A DNA stretch of 64,000 nt, from contig NMRA01000739.1 of NCBI GenBank assembly GCA_002633005.1, positions 107,925-171,924 on the forward strand, read 5' to 3'. Positions 1 to 13,400 of this stretch are shown here, piece after piece. Under the pieces are notes generated by a model. That model made no database searches. It was not told the origin of the DNA and saw only the letters and a list, made by a program, of their open reading frames with translations. The position numbers were made by a program, and so were the translations under genes. The stretch's first letter is position 1. Every line of letters begins with the position of its first letter. This DNA comes from Phoronis australis (Eukaryota > Animalia > Phoronida).

Positions 1-1546
1 GCTAGAAGCAATTCAAACAACACTGCACAGAATTACATCTACATGTACCAGCCTGACAAAATTTTCATCAAGTTATTCTCTGGTAGATTCAGTTTCATTT
101 TTTCACAAAAGTACCGATGAAAAATCAGGAACCAAGACGAAAAAGAAATTGCAATATAGTCAACAATTCAAAAATTCAGTGTTAATTTCGCCGGGGCCAT
201 TTTTCTGTAAGTATTTTTTCCTTTTTAGATAGCATGGGTTTACATGTGGGCAAACATAATTCGATTTTGATATTTGATCCTGTACGCGTTTTTTACGTAG
301 GCCTACAATATGGACAAGAAAAGTGCAGACGGTAGTGGCTTAATCGAAGTCTCGTCATTCCTTAAGAGCCTGCGAGACAACGACTACATACATGTAACGT
401 GACTAATTTCAAACATTGCCTGTTACGAAAGTAAATAGGATATTGTTTTCCATATTCCAATTAGCTTTTTGGAAATAATGGGATCGTTAGTAAGTCTGGT
501 TTTACGGCATCTACAGTACTTAAATCATGCTTTTGAAATTGGCAAAGATGTCTTTAGTCTTCACATTTTGGAGATATTTAGCAAAATAGTTCTGTGCCAA
601 ATAAGTGAGGATTTATGGTACGCAAATTCTATGATCAACATGTATTGTATTTACAAAGGATTCAAATTACAGAGCCATCTTGACGTTTTTTTTGTCAGTC
701 AGACCAGCAATTATGAATAATAGATGATTAGAAGCGCTCTTCGTCGAAAACATAATTGACCTGTTCAAGTTATTAAACATGTTGCCTGTCATGCGTGAAC
801 TCTCTGAGCGCAATAACGAGAACCCTAATTGTCAGATTGTGTTCTGGGTCAGCAAAGACACCGTGTAAGTGGAAGAAAATCAATTTGATATGACTTTCAA
901 ACAGTTTGCTTTTATCGGAAATTCACTCCGATTGACACCGATGCGCACTGACTTACTGACATCTTTCGGCTGAATCACAAACCTTTAGACAATGGCGCGC
1001 TATATACATGGGTGGCGCACCATAGGGGGCTTGCGGGAAGGGCTATAGTCCCCACTTATTTCATGTGCTGGACCGCGCATGATATAGTATCATAGACTAT
1101 AGTCTATAATCTATGTTAGCATCATACCATCCGCACAATCAACGAGACATCCTCGCCGCAAACCATTGAACCTGAATCCTGCATACTTGTCACAGGATCA
1201 TTTGCACATACATATATCAGATTGTTCAAGGCTAATTCGTGGGATTGGTAGATGTCATCTGATCATATAAGGGTTGCGGTACAACACTGAAAGTCGTACA
1301 CTAAGAGGTGTAATTTAATTGACAACGCCTCCGTAAAAATGGCCTATTTAGGGCACGTATTGTTATAAATGAGGCCAAAGGGCATTTGCCGTTATAGTAT
1401 ACAGGACCTCACCTTGTTTCTTTACTCAGATTTGAGATGAGTCTGAGCTCGTACGTAAATAACTGACAGACTTGTAATGGAAATTTATGCTACAATAAGT
1501 ATTATAACCGTAATTTCTATTTTGATAGTTTATGTTATTACTAATA

Positions 1547-1615
1547 CCATTATTATTATTGTTATTATTGTGATCATCATCGTCGTCATCATCATCATCA
1601 TCATCATCATCATCA
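1547..1615. repeat. (ATT)n/(ATC)n microsatellite
   Basis: attattattatt...catcatcatcat run; explains the spurious poly-Ile ORF 1477..1749. Confidence 0.9.
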
Positions 1616-1817
1616 ACACTTTTTTCAGTGCTTTGCCGCCCATGGTCTATGAACGGTGCACCTCAGGGGTACTGGGGGCGTTAGCCCCCCCACTTTTTCA
1701 GTGCTGCGCCGCCCCTGCGAGTTCCCGTGGGTCGACAAGTGCGAACTGAATTGTTTGTCAATCTTTCAATAGATGTCTCTGGGCATACTATTTCTATTTC
1801 ACCCAACAGATGCCGCT

Positions 1818-2060
1818 CATATAAAAAGTAATGGCGGACTCAGGCGAAACTTTCAAGACTTTGTGTTGAACGGTTTGTGTTGAGTTTTGTGTGGCATGAA
1901 CTGTGACCGAATCTCGAAATTAAAAACACGAGTTGCTTCCAGAGCAGACATTGATATTGAACTGTAGACGAGTTCGGTGTCGTGAGAGTGTGTTAACAGC
2001 TTAAAAAATCTGTGTAGTGCAAGTCAAGTGACTGTTTGTTTTGTTGACGTCTTGCGTACA
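1818..2060 (+). promoter_or_regulatory. Putative promoter and non-coding first exon of the Rab11-FIP-like gene
   Basis: TATAAAAAG at ~1820, YY1-like AATGGCGG at ~1830 and a strong donor CA|GTAAGT at 2061. The next exon has a pyrimidine-rich acceptor at ~5893. The link between them is inferred. Confidence 0.4.
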
Positions 2061-5000
2061 GTAAGTTGGATAGGTGGTTCCCTCTAACTCCAAATCTACT
2101 CATCAGATATAACCAAAAGATACCTCATTTGATTCGTTTATCATTAATCTCCACCCATGCGAAGACAAATTTCAGGTGCAATGTCGTCTCCTCTTGATAT
2201 TTAGACTCAAATACAAGATCCTAAAATGGACTGACAGCCATTATTTACTAGCCCATTAATTTCATCAACATTTTATCCCTATTAGTCTCTTGTGTTTTTC
2301 AAATCCATATCCTCTCATTATCACCACATTTCATTGGAATAATTGAACGTGAAGACTGTGGCCTATAGTAGACAGTTATGTCCATCTCTAAGCTGACTCC
2401 AGGGGGAGCTTCATATGCTGGAAGCTTTTCTGTGAATTATGCTCATGCACTGATTAGAACATCAAATTATAGTGCTGTGAATTGAACCCGTAACTTGCTT
2501 TGTGCTTCATGTTGTGATAAATGAATGCAATTGTGCTTTGCTAACACTGTGAATTGTACCCAGTGACAATACTTTGTGAAGTTCGTGTGCCCTTGGACCA
2601 CCTAATATTGTTGTCCAGGATATCAAAATTACAGTGCAGCTGTGGATTGAAACAGTACTTTGCTTTGTTCTTCATATCATAAATACAATTGTGCTCACGC
2701 TGTGTATTATTACCAGTTACCCAGGTCCCAGACCTTAATCTTTAAGTTCTTGTGCTCTGCTATCTTTTGCATCTTTCATGCATTAATTGTCCCTGGACAT
2801 AACTGCTAAATATTGATGCTTTTTGCCTACATTTGTGATCGTTCCCTATCATTACTGGAGATTTGATCGTGTACTTACATGGACTTCTACCCATCCTGGC
2901 TGAATATTTAGACGTTCCAAGAATCCTTGCCAACATCACCAAATAAGATTACTAGTACTCTCAATCAAATGAATGGCATTAATGAGCACCTGATATTGTC
3001 ATATCCGACCAATCCAAAGTATACTAGCCTGCATTCCCTCATGAAGAGTTTTATATGGTACTGTCTGAGAGAGGTACCTGACTCTAATTCTCTAAAAGGC
3101 ATGCTACCTATAGTACTCCAATAATGAAAGGCTATATCATTTAAAATGAGCTGGATAAGAGCGACCCTCTTTCAATCATAGTGTCTACTTCTTTAAATAA
3201 AATTTTTCATGATTTCACAAAAATAGGAAAAGAGAGTCATCTGATTCCATCATTGGGGCGCCATCTGTGAGGGGTCATGCAAGAAAAATGTTGCATCAGG
3301 GAGCTCCTTCCAAATATTAGGATTTATATCAAATGATATCCAGTTTGCCCAAAGCAGGAAATGAAAGATACCATCACCCCTCACCTTAGCGAGTTCCCTG
3401 GAGAAATGGGACTTTGTATTTCCTTAAAAACTGTCTTCTGGAATTCAGAAATCTGAATCAATATGCCCTGGAATGTCTGTGCATAACAACTTGTGTCATG
3501 TTTTGTATGAACAAGAGCACATTTAAGGTGAGGTAGATGATCTATGCTGCAAGTTTTGTTTGTTTAGTGAGACACCCTAACTGAAAGTTCATGACTAGGC
3601 ACCCCCTATCAGTAAATCCAGCATATATGCAAGTAATTCTTAAACCAGTGTAGAAATGTATATCGCAAACATTTTTAAGTCTGGTCTGCATGCCACCTGT
3701 TAGCCTCAACAAGTGACCTAATGAATAAAAGTGAGAAGATTTCTTCCGCAACCGGGACTCAACACGGGACTCGGAGACGGTCTAGTCCACTGAGCCATTG
3801 GGACCACTGGTCGAATGCAGAAATCCAATCACACTTAGTAGTGGGCATCTTGCCCTTGAATTCCTGATTGTATATAATTAGGTAATTCTTAAACCAGTGT
3901 GGCAGTGTATATCGTAAACATAAAAATGTTGGCAATAAATCCAGCACACCTTCCTGTGCTCATCGCTCGAATGTTTCATCTTCATGCCTGCAAATGATTG
4001 AGGAAAACACTCACTCCTGATCATCTCCCTATATTTCCTACATGTTTGCACAATGAGAGACTGTCCCCAACCGCATGAATGGGGGCCCTAAACTTCCACT
4101 CAGGCCTTTAAGCAGGGTATGTCCTAGCACTAATCTGGACGCTCTGACAAGAACGTCCATTGTATCATGTGTATGGCCCACAGTCAATCGGAACCTTTCA
4201 AGTTTGGACACACACACATTGTAATGATTAATAGGAAACCTAGGCGCATAGCTGTAGGGAGAAGTGAGCTCACAGTGGTGGCTCTTTTTTAAAGCAGGAA
4301 GAAATATTCAGTTGTATGCAAAGTACATATACAATGTTGCTGTGTTCAAACTAGGTTGAAAGCATTGAGTATCCAACACCTTTCAAGTATTAGCACATGT
4401 TTGTTTGTCAAAGGTTCTTCCACTGCTGGCTATGCTCCCAGTGGTCTTAGCTCCACATGACAGTACTATATGTATATAGGGTTCATACTTTAGTGTAACT
4501 CCAAACTGGTGTTTCAGAGATGTAATTTCTCAATTTTCATCTTTTGAAAAACACCAAAAGCGAAATAAATGTCATTATTTTAATACAATATTGTGCCACA
4601 AAAATATGCCCAGTTAAATTTTTTGAGTTTGCGCCGGTTTCATGATTTTCAATGTATGTTTTAAGGTTTTAATATTGAACAAAAGTGCCACCTGTTGCCA
4701 AAATATAAATCACACATCATACATGTGCATTTTTCTTGTTTTCTAACTGCAGCTCTGATGACTCATTTTACAGAATATTAAAACTAATAAAAATGATATG
4801 ACAAACTTTATAACATTGACTCCAGATCACTAAAAACATAGTGCACTCATTGTTTAACCAATATCTTTTTGTTTGGTAAGCTACTTGGCTGTTTGTGTAA
4901 ATTTAGGTGTAAAAGTTTTGGTCAACAGAGTTTTTTAGTAAAAAAAGCTCACTACACTGTTTTGTAAACTTAGATGTAAAAAGTTTGATCTATGCATTTT

Positions 5001-5931
5001 TTTTGTAAAAAACCCTTAGTCTGTGTGTGGGGGGGACTGCTGGTGAGCAGTCGTGGGGGTGGGGAGGTTACACGTTATTGAAATCATGGACGCCCTGGAA
5101 TATTGGGAACCCCATTTTGGACACCCTATTTTCGAAATTCTGGATAAAGGCCTGCCTCCACCCCTCAAGTTTTCAAGTATTCAGGTTAGATAACCTGAAT
5201 TCTCCATTGGTCAGTGACTCCATTTAGGTCAGGTATTAACCTTAATCCTTCAGTACCTGTGTACCTTGACCCTATACCAGATTCAGGTGTTGGAGTTAAT
5301 ACCTGTTGCTTTGTTTGTTTTTGTATTATCTTGTTGGCCCATATCACTTGGTATAAATCACATTGGTGAGTTTTCTTGTTGTGTTAAAATTCTGGCACTT
5401 TTTGAATACCATTTATTTGACTCCAACAGCACAGTTTTCATGTACCTTACTGGTCTATGTTTGGCTTATTTCCCACCCTTTGAAATTTCCATATTTTTAC
5501 ATTCAAATGCCCAATTTCTACAATTGAAAATGTCTGTGTCTCATTTTGAGCCAATTTTAGTTCCCAAATGTACAAACCTTTCTTACTTTTGAGTCACGGT
5601 CAGCATCAACACCTTTTTGACGTACAGTAAGTAAGTACAGGGTCAGTCTCTACTTTTATTTGACTCTTGCATTTTTGCATGCGGTTCTCAAGAATGTAGT
5701 TCTGTGGCATTTATCCGAATTGGCCGTTGGAGTTAATGCGGGTCCCCAACTTCTCAAAAATTGAATTGCCTATTCACGACGCCCACCTATCTGATTTTTA
5801 GTTTGGAAATTTAGCACTTAGCGTCCTGGGTATTTACTTAGTATTGGATGAGTATTATAAAAGTTTGAAACGAAGCTCATTTTGTTGTTTTCAGTTTACT
5901 TTCTCTGACAGGGCTTCAATGACGTACCATC

Positions 5932-5959
5932 ATGGAACCTGAGGAGATAACAGTTATTG
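5932..5959 (+). CDS. Rab11-FIP-like protein, coding exon 1 (MEPEEITVI, first C2 strand)
   Basis: ATG in a good context (ATCATGG); donor G|GTAAGA at 5960; phase 1 joins in frame to the exon at 10381. Confidence 0.75.
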
Positions 5960-6152
5960 GTAAGAATGGGTGAATTTACTGATACTACATGTACATGTTG
6001 GTGTTGTCGAACCTCTCTGTTAAAGGTGCAGTAAGTCTGACTGAGGCCAGTTGCTTGTAGGTTTATAAGTCGAACACACTATGTACTCAGATTAAGAATG
6101 GTTTCCAGATTCATAAAACCACTCGGCTGTTCAATTTATTCAGCCAGATATG

Positions 6153-8845
6153 CAGCACATATCACAAATTTTTGTTCGACCATTAGCCAATCGCAATGCC
6201 AATTCATAAGACAACCCCCCAGCCGATTCTTGATTGTCAACCAGCCGTCGACCGACTCCATTTTAAGGTGGTCAGCTGCTTCTGTTAGGCTAGAGTTTCA
6301 GTTGCGTAATAGGTTATCAGGCTATTGTCGCATTGCAAGCTGATCTGCATATTGCTCTCTGCACAGGGTGAAATAAATTAACCTAGTTTTAAAGTGTGTC
6401 TCACTGGTACACAAGTTCACTCGGTAATTCGAAGGCTCAAAACAACCCATAACTGAACATTTTGGGATTATGGATTATGGACAATGCAACCAGTTTTGAA
6501 TAACAAGATGTGAAAGTTTTGAATCGTGACAGCAATGATTTCAGTTATAAATATTGATCGCGTCTCAATCAATTCAGCACTGTTTTCACTTTGAAAACAC
6601 AGCTGTTTTTGCATTTGTAACTATACGACCATGACGACCATGACGTTAGCTTTTTTGCATGTTCACAAAAGTGCAATAGAAAGCGCACGTGTGTAAAGAA
6701 ATAAAATGTGGTCAGGGCCCTACGTAAATCAACTGTGAGGAACTACAAAACATACCTTCAAATTTAGATTATACAGTTTACAGCATACCACTTATAATGT
6801 AAGTTCTTAATGCACACAACTATTGTAATATCCCTTAAATTAAATGTAACCAACTGTGTATAGTACAAGAACGTTTGTGTACAGTAGAGTCATATGTTTT
6901 AATCTGGTTAACAATTCTTCACCCTGTATTGAAAGCAACAATTTCGGTGCTTAGTATTTCAAGCATTTATTTTCAAGAAACTTTTTGGAAAGAAGGCAAA
7001 CTAAAATACTACAGAACACTTAGTAATAACCGCCTAGATTTGAAAAGTGTTCTCATTCAGAAATAATCACTCAACATATGCTTGTAATGACATGATAACT
7101 TTTATTCACACTGAATATGTACATTTATGTACCTGAAATTTACAATACGTAGACACTGAACTGAACAACGGGCATTGTGGGCAGGTGATCTCCGAGTATT
7201 CCGTTATAACGCGCTTACATTTTGAGAACCAGTTGGATGCCCGATATTCAGAGGATAAAATTGGTTCTCAAAATGGTGGGCACAATATATCTGACTTTAG
7301 ACCAACCACTTTTATTGTTTTTTAATGTTTTAGTGTTTGTAAATGCTTAGTGTAGATGGCTCAGTGCAGTAATACGTAGGGTTTATTGTGCTCTTTACCA
7401 ACATTACAACCCCGTGCCTGTAATAAAGTAATTGTCATGAACATCAAGCAGTTGTATATGTTTAATTCTAATCGTCAAGTGTGTTTCGACTGTTCTGTTT
7501 GTAATTACACGTTTGCAGCTGTTAAAAAACTGACGAATTTCATCATGCTTTGACTTACGCCTCCCGATTCACGTATTTTTGCAATTGGGCATTTGAATAT
7601 TTTCGCATGCATATAACTTACCTCTTCAAAACATTAATTAAAAAACAAAACCTAAACTAGAGTTTCAACCCCGGTACAAGAAATTTGCACCGCTGCTATA
7701 AGACATTGAAGAGAGCGATACTTTTTGTAAATTTTCGGGCTCTCTTGGGATAGTGAGTAACTGAACACTGTCTACCAATCACCCCATGACTCCCTAAATT
7801 TGCTTTGTAATTTTTGTTATAGATATGAATGATGTATGCGTTTATGTTTAGCATGGTATTCTTTTCTGAATCACTGCTTTATTTTTAACACCATCGTTGA
7901 AAACGCAATTATTAACACCTGGATTTTTTATAACACCGAAGGCCCGTTACTCCAAAGATTGTATTTTCAGAGTATTAAATCCTTGTAGTAACGACATACG
8001 CAACACACGCAGTATTGTGTTTATACCCTTAGGCTCGGAAGGCTGCAGTGGAAATAATATGGTTACGATTTTTACGAACTCGGAAAGTGACTTCAAACAC
8101 AAAGTGAGGGTTCATGGTTGACGCTACAACCAATCCTAACTTTGCGCTCGCCGTTTCAATGTATCAGTGGCGTTAAAATCTGCGCTAGTGATCGCCCAGT
8201 TGTTGACGATTGGTGATGAAGTGTTAATCAAATTACTACCCTATGGGTACAATTGCGAGCTACTCATTGAATATTTCCCGGCTTGAAAACACCTGCGGTT
8301 GTAACATGTACAGTGTTGTTTTTGAATTGTCATTCAATTTCATTGTACAGTAACAGTTAAACGTTTCGTGATTGTTATGCGTAAAAAATGCCTCATAGCT
8401 AGAGTTCGAACTTATGTTTTCCCGAGACCATTTAGTGTTTTAATTTTCCACGCCGTCGATAATTCCACAAGAACATTTGCTTTGTTCTAATTTCATGCAA
8501 TTTGTTCAGTTTTACTAATGTCAAATAGTCTAGAAACAGTTGATAAACTGCGGGTTTAAGACTAGAGTGGCCACTAGAGAACGAACAACAAACAGTCCGA
8601 TGCCTGCTTGGCCAAAGTTCACTCGCTGATGCCAAGTCATAAAATGGTAATTGCTGACTGAGGATACGCATAATCCGAAATGGTCATCTAAGCTAGGCGA
8701 CCAATTTTCCAACCCAATTGCCGACCGGAGAGGCGATTCAGATAAAGGCTCTTAGCCGACCTCTGTTGGTCGACTACCGATCGGCTAGACGACTGGTCGT
8801 TGACCGATTTCCTACGGGTCAGACAAAAATTTGTGATATGTGCTA
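6153..8845. mobile_element. ~2.7 kb non-autonomous DNA transposon with terminal inverted repeats
   Basis: agcacatatcacaaatttttgttcgacc at 6154 is the near-perfect reverse complement of ggtcagacaaaaatttgtgatatgtgct ending at 8844. No transposase ORF was recognised inside. Confidence 0.7.
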
Positions 8846-10380
8846 TAATGCATTCTAGCACTATCTTGGCTTAACTCCAATTCTAGTACATTACATTTTT
8901 GTGATAATCATTTCAAATAATAGTTGGGTTCCTCAAATGGTGTTTTGTTTTGTAATCGCACTACTTCTGCCCAGAATTGGCGATGTTTCTGAATGGTGAC
9001 GTGTTACAAAATATCAAAGGCAAATGTACTCTTGCGTCGTAATACACTAACTCCAGAGTTTTGGACGTTGTTTATTTTGTTGTCTTTCTGATGAGTCTTG
9101 AATGTGTTAGTCAGTGTTGACTGTTTGAAAAAATTTAGTACAAGTTCCGTCAATGATTCAGTCAGTCCATCAACTCACAGTTCAATCAAAAGATTGCGTT
9201 TCCGTCAAACATTGCTTCAGATCTGACTGGGCTTGTTGTCATGGCATCTTAGTTTCTGCTGCCAAGGCAAAGCCCAGCATCAGGTGAACAAAGCCAAACA
9301 CAGCAATGACAGTTTGGAGGAGGCCAAATGCCTGACTTGACGAATGTCATTTTTTGTCAACAGAACAAAATTTATAGCTGTTTTTATGAGTATCCCCACT
9401 AATATACTTTAAATTACTAGTTAAATTAGATAGCAACTTGTGCTGCGTTATCAACAAAGCTGAAATTATTGCAAATGACAGCTTTACTGCGTAAGTGTCA
9501 AGGTGCTGTGTCAAAAACACGAATAAAAATGGCAATGCGTTTCTTTTGTCTCGTCACTAGAAACAAAATTTACAGGCAACATTACTTTCAAATAGAAAAC
9601 TGGGCTTGTTTTTCATAATTGACAGTTCTCAAAGTTTCACTCACATGTCACAAGGAAATATGAATTTGCCATGTTAATGCTGATTTGGTTAAAGGACTTT
9701 AAAGCTTAGGTTAGGTGTTATGTAAGATGAAATCATCCTTCAAGAAACCACTTTTCTCTTGATCTCAACACCTGGACTGGATTTAGCTCAGGCGTGAGGC
9801 ACTCACTCCGTTATACTACCAAAATATGGCTTTGTATGTTGAAATATCAACAATTTCAGATGAAATAATTGTCAAAATTGGTCATTATCCATCGCTGCTA
9901 ACATGAACACTTGCAATTTCTCAAAATATTGGCCAGTGGTATGGGGGTTTTCCGTAGATGAGCCCATGGGCGTGTATTACCTTGCATTTCAGTAACATCG
10001 GCGTTTATTTGACGTAATTTTCTGAATAAAAACGGGTAGGCTTATCTACGGCAAATCTCGGTAGATGTGGAATGTAATGAAGACTGATCAAATAGTATTT
10101 CATGCTGCTTATTTTATATGAAAAACCTGCAAAATAAAATCCCCTTTTCTACCATGTTGTGTCCTAAATTGGTGAGGTTTCACTGTGCACTCTTTTTTTT
10201 CCTTATCTGAAAATTGCGTCTGGTTTCCGGATCATTTGTGAACAACAACTGAATGAGGATGTATCACAGCCAGGCATTTTTTTCGCGAGCCATTTTCTTG
10301 TCTTGCAATTACCAGTTTGGATCAAATAATTAAATACGTTTGTCATTAGTCATTATTATTTGTAATTATCTTTATTTTAG

Positions 10381-10522
10381 TTTATCATGGTTTGGATCTC
10401 CCTTGTAAGAAGAAAGGTCGGTCAAAGTTCTCCGTTATATTCGGCGTGGGGAGCAAAAAGTTTCGCACGGCAATGGTTGCAGACTTAGCGGGTCACCCCG
10501 TATGGAACGAGGAGTCTGCTAT
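10381..10522 (+). CDS. Rab11-FIP-like protein, coding exon 2 (C2 domain)
   Basis: tttattttag acceptor and GTAAGG donor. Translates VYHGLDLPCKKKGRSKFSVIFGVGSKKFRTAMVADLAGHPVWNEESA, which matches the class I FIP C2 pattern (G.EKY.TSV....G.PVW.EE). Confidence 0.85.
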
Positions 10523-10745
10523 GTAAGGGCGATGAACAGTTGGGCGAACGTTGCCAATGCTAAAATCTGCGAATTGGTTATAGAAGAGGATAGTCTGATG
10601 TTCCCTTTAAGTCTGTGTATTACCTTATTGACAGGTTTGCTTATTTAGCCAAATATTTAGCCAAGTATCCACATGACTACAAATTGTAACTCAGTAAAGT
10701 AAAAAGCCTTGAGAATTTGACTTTTACCCAGTCTGTTATTAATTG

Positions 10746-11513
10746 GGTCACATGATCATGTCGTTTGAATTTGTAAAATTTACTAAACAGAAAGGTACAT
10801 TGATAGCAAAACAACGACCTTGATAACAATGTTCAAGCTGAGATCTCAAACACGCTGCCATGGTTTTCTAAAGTATCATTTTGTTTTCATTTTACGCTAC
10901 TAAAGGCATTTCATGAAAATTTTAAGTTCTATTTTTGACAGCTCCTCATGGAAAAATGAAACAAATTAAAAATAATTCCTATTGTTTTGGAGAACATTAC
11001 TAAAGTATAGTACCTTAAAGTTTCACATGATTCCGATTGTCTGCTTCTGAGAAGCCATGTTCCAAAGATAACCAACTTTAGACACTTTTCTATGGTCTTA
11101 CATAACAAAAGCGCAAATTTATGGCAACGAGAACATGTCTGTCACATGTGGTTGTTCAATGAGGTTATGCCACATTGGTTTTCAAAAATGAAATTGACAA
11201 ATTTTTGTTGAAGTTCATCTGGTTCCATTGAACTTAAGAAAAAAGGAAGGAAACAAGAAAAAATGAAAGTTTTGGCAAAAAAACTACATACATGAATCTT
11301 GGGTTTGGTTACTTTCACCAAATGCTTTTGAAGTCAGAAGTAAAACCAAAAGTTGCATTAGACAAAAACAAAATGTTATTTCGGAAATAAACCTGCATCA
11401 GCACTTTTGAATTCTCATTTTTACCAAATAAAATCTGGCCATGATTCTGATACCATTGTTTTGATTGACTGTACGATTCTTTTTTGCTAAAATTTAGTCA
11501 TGGTCATGTGACC
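10746..11513. mobile_element. ~770 bp MITE/non-autonomous TIR element in intron 2
   Basis: Inverted ends GGTCACATGATCATG ... CATGGTCATGTGACC with an AT-rich non-coding interior. Confidence 0.55.
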
Positions 11514-12869
11514 TATGTAATGACATTGGTATACGCTAGTTAAAAATGAAAGTACAGGCTTTCTACTTTTGGAAAATGTATATTTTGCTAATTTTGCTAT
11601 AGTTCTGTAGATATTTGGCTTAACGCTCAGACTATCTTCAACCATCTAAATTGTTTGAGTTTATTAAAATGTTCTATTAAAATTGTGTAATTATTATAAC
11701 AGACGTTTGTCTCAGAATAGATGTCAGTAATTTGAATGAAACAGCCCTCACTTCTTGTTCTTCTTCTCCTCCTTCTTCGTCTTCTTCTTCTTTTTGTCAT
11801 CTTTTGATTGGTGAAACTTCAACTAGTTGAAAACAGAGACCAAAAAATGTTGGTCACTTTCAAAAGACTTTTCTTGACACTGACAAATGTAAGAAGTTGT
11901 AAGAGGTGGGGCCCAACCACAGTTTTAGAAGGAAAATTGCCATGCTAGTGGCGATAGGGGGAACGGCTGACTCCTTCCCCAAATCTGCCTATAATTGCTA
12001 GCCATGTGAGCAGCCTCTGACACAGATAATATAATTTATATTTATTGTGCTATGACTTTACACTGTTCTGAAGTTAACGGCTAAACACGCCACTAGATTG
12101 TGTTTTTCGCCATGGAGACTAAAGTTGCATAATTTGTCATCTTGGAAAGGTCTTAGGTGAACGTTGACCTGTCATGCAATAAGGCTCAGCGCAAACTGTA
12201 AGAATTTAACGAACCAACCTGTCTGTTTCTCGTAGAGTGCGCGCCAAAAGTAGTCAGACCATTACACTTGTCATTTTATCTTCAGTGAAGGGAAATTCTA
12301 CCTGCACTCAGATGTCACTATGCAAAATTCCAAGTTATTTTGTGTGATTACTTTTGCTATGTACTATAGTTTATCATAATGGCTTTTAGGTTCTGCGGAT
12401 GTTGTTGTTTTCGTGTTTCATCGTTGTTCATCTGCTATACAGATTGACATGTTTAGTCTCTAGGTGATAGAATCCTTGTCACTTGTAGCCTGTTTTCCAC
12501 GAAGAAAGCCTCTGGTCTTTGTTTTTCTGGAAAAGGTTGCCAAAAGGTCATTCTAATTCAGTCTGTAACATTTTAATTGACATATTTACCTTTCAAATAG
12601 TTGGCTTGTGAAAAGTGTCATAACAACAGAGGAAGTGAAAATGTTGCTTTAACCGTATCAAGACCAGGAATTCTGAGGCTAGGTTTTTATGTCCCATATT
12701 AGCAGCGAAAATATTAATTGTGAAAGTGAGGCTTAAACAGTGAAGCAATTTGCCATACTGGCAAGTTATTTTATCATGTCATTGTTTCACAACAACTTTG
12801 TCGCACCCCTCTTCAGTTGTGCTGCCTCCTTTTGGACTCCACATTCAAAAGTGTCTGTTTGTTTTTCAG

Positions 12870-13029
12870 TCATATTGACAGCCCTGGCCATGACCTCAAT
12901 TTCGTTGTTACTGATAAAGAGACCGTCTTGGGGCAGGTGTCGCTACCGGTCTCTAGCCTCCCTGGGGCGTTAGGGCGTAAGAAATCTCAAGCAAAGCTGA
13001 TGCCGCACAAGAAATGTGCAGAGCCTCAG
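12870..13029 (+). CDS. Rab11-FIP-like protein, coding exon 3 (C2 domain)
   Basis: ttttcag acceptor and CAG|GT donor, phase-consistent. Translates HIDSPGHDLNFVVTDKETVLGQVSLPVSSLPGALGRKKSQAKLMPHKKCAEPQ (C2 'LGQV.LP' strand). Confidence 0.85.
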
Positions 13030-13400
13030 GTATACATTCAGGGAGAATGAATTGTCAATCTTTTCATGAAACTGAAGTTAACAGCTTCTAGTTTTCATGA
13101 CATTCATTGCTGAGTACTGTAAACCTTCTAATGGAAGCCAAAGTTTCAAATAGAAGCTGGGGTTCAGGTCTACTGAAATTGATAAACGCGCGTCTCCTAT
13201 ACCAGCCGGTTCGGCCATATCTTGTGTTACATGATACTAGCTTGGAGCGTACGATTCGGTCTAGCAAGATTTTGTGTTTAGATTTTGGTTTCCCTAATAA
13301 GCTGATGTCTTGCTTGTATGGTTTATTAACTGTGTCCTTGACTATTTTTGCATATGTGTCTGTTTATTAAGTATGGCCTCAGCTTTCTTCTTATGCATAG

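Noticed and set aside
1477-1749. Hydrophobic membrane-protein ORF
   Set aside because: Produced by an ATT/ATC microsatellite.
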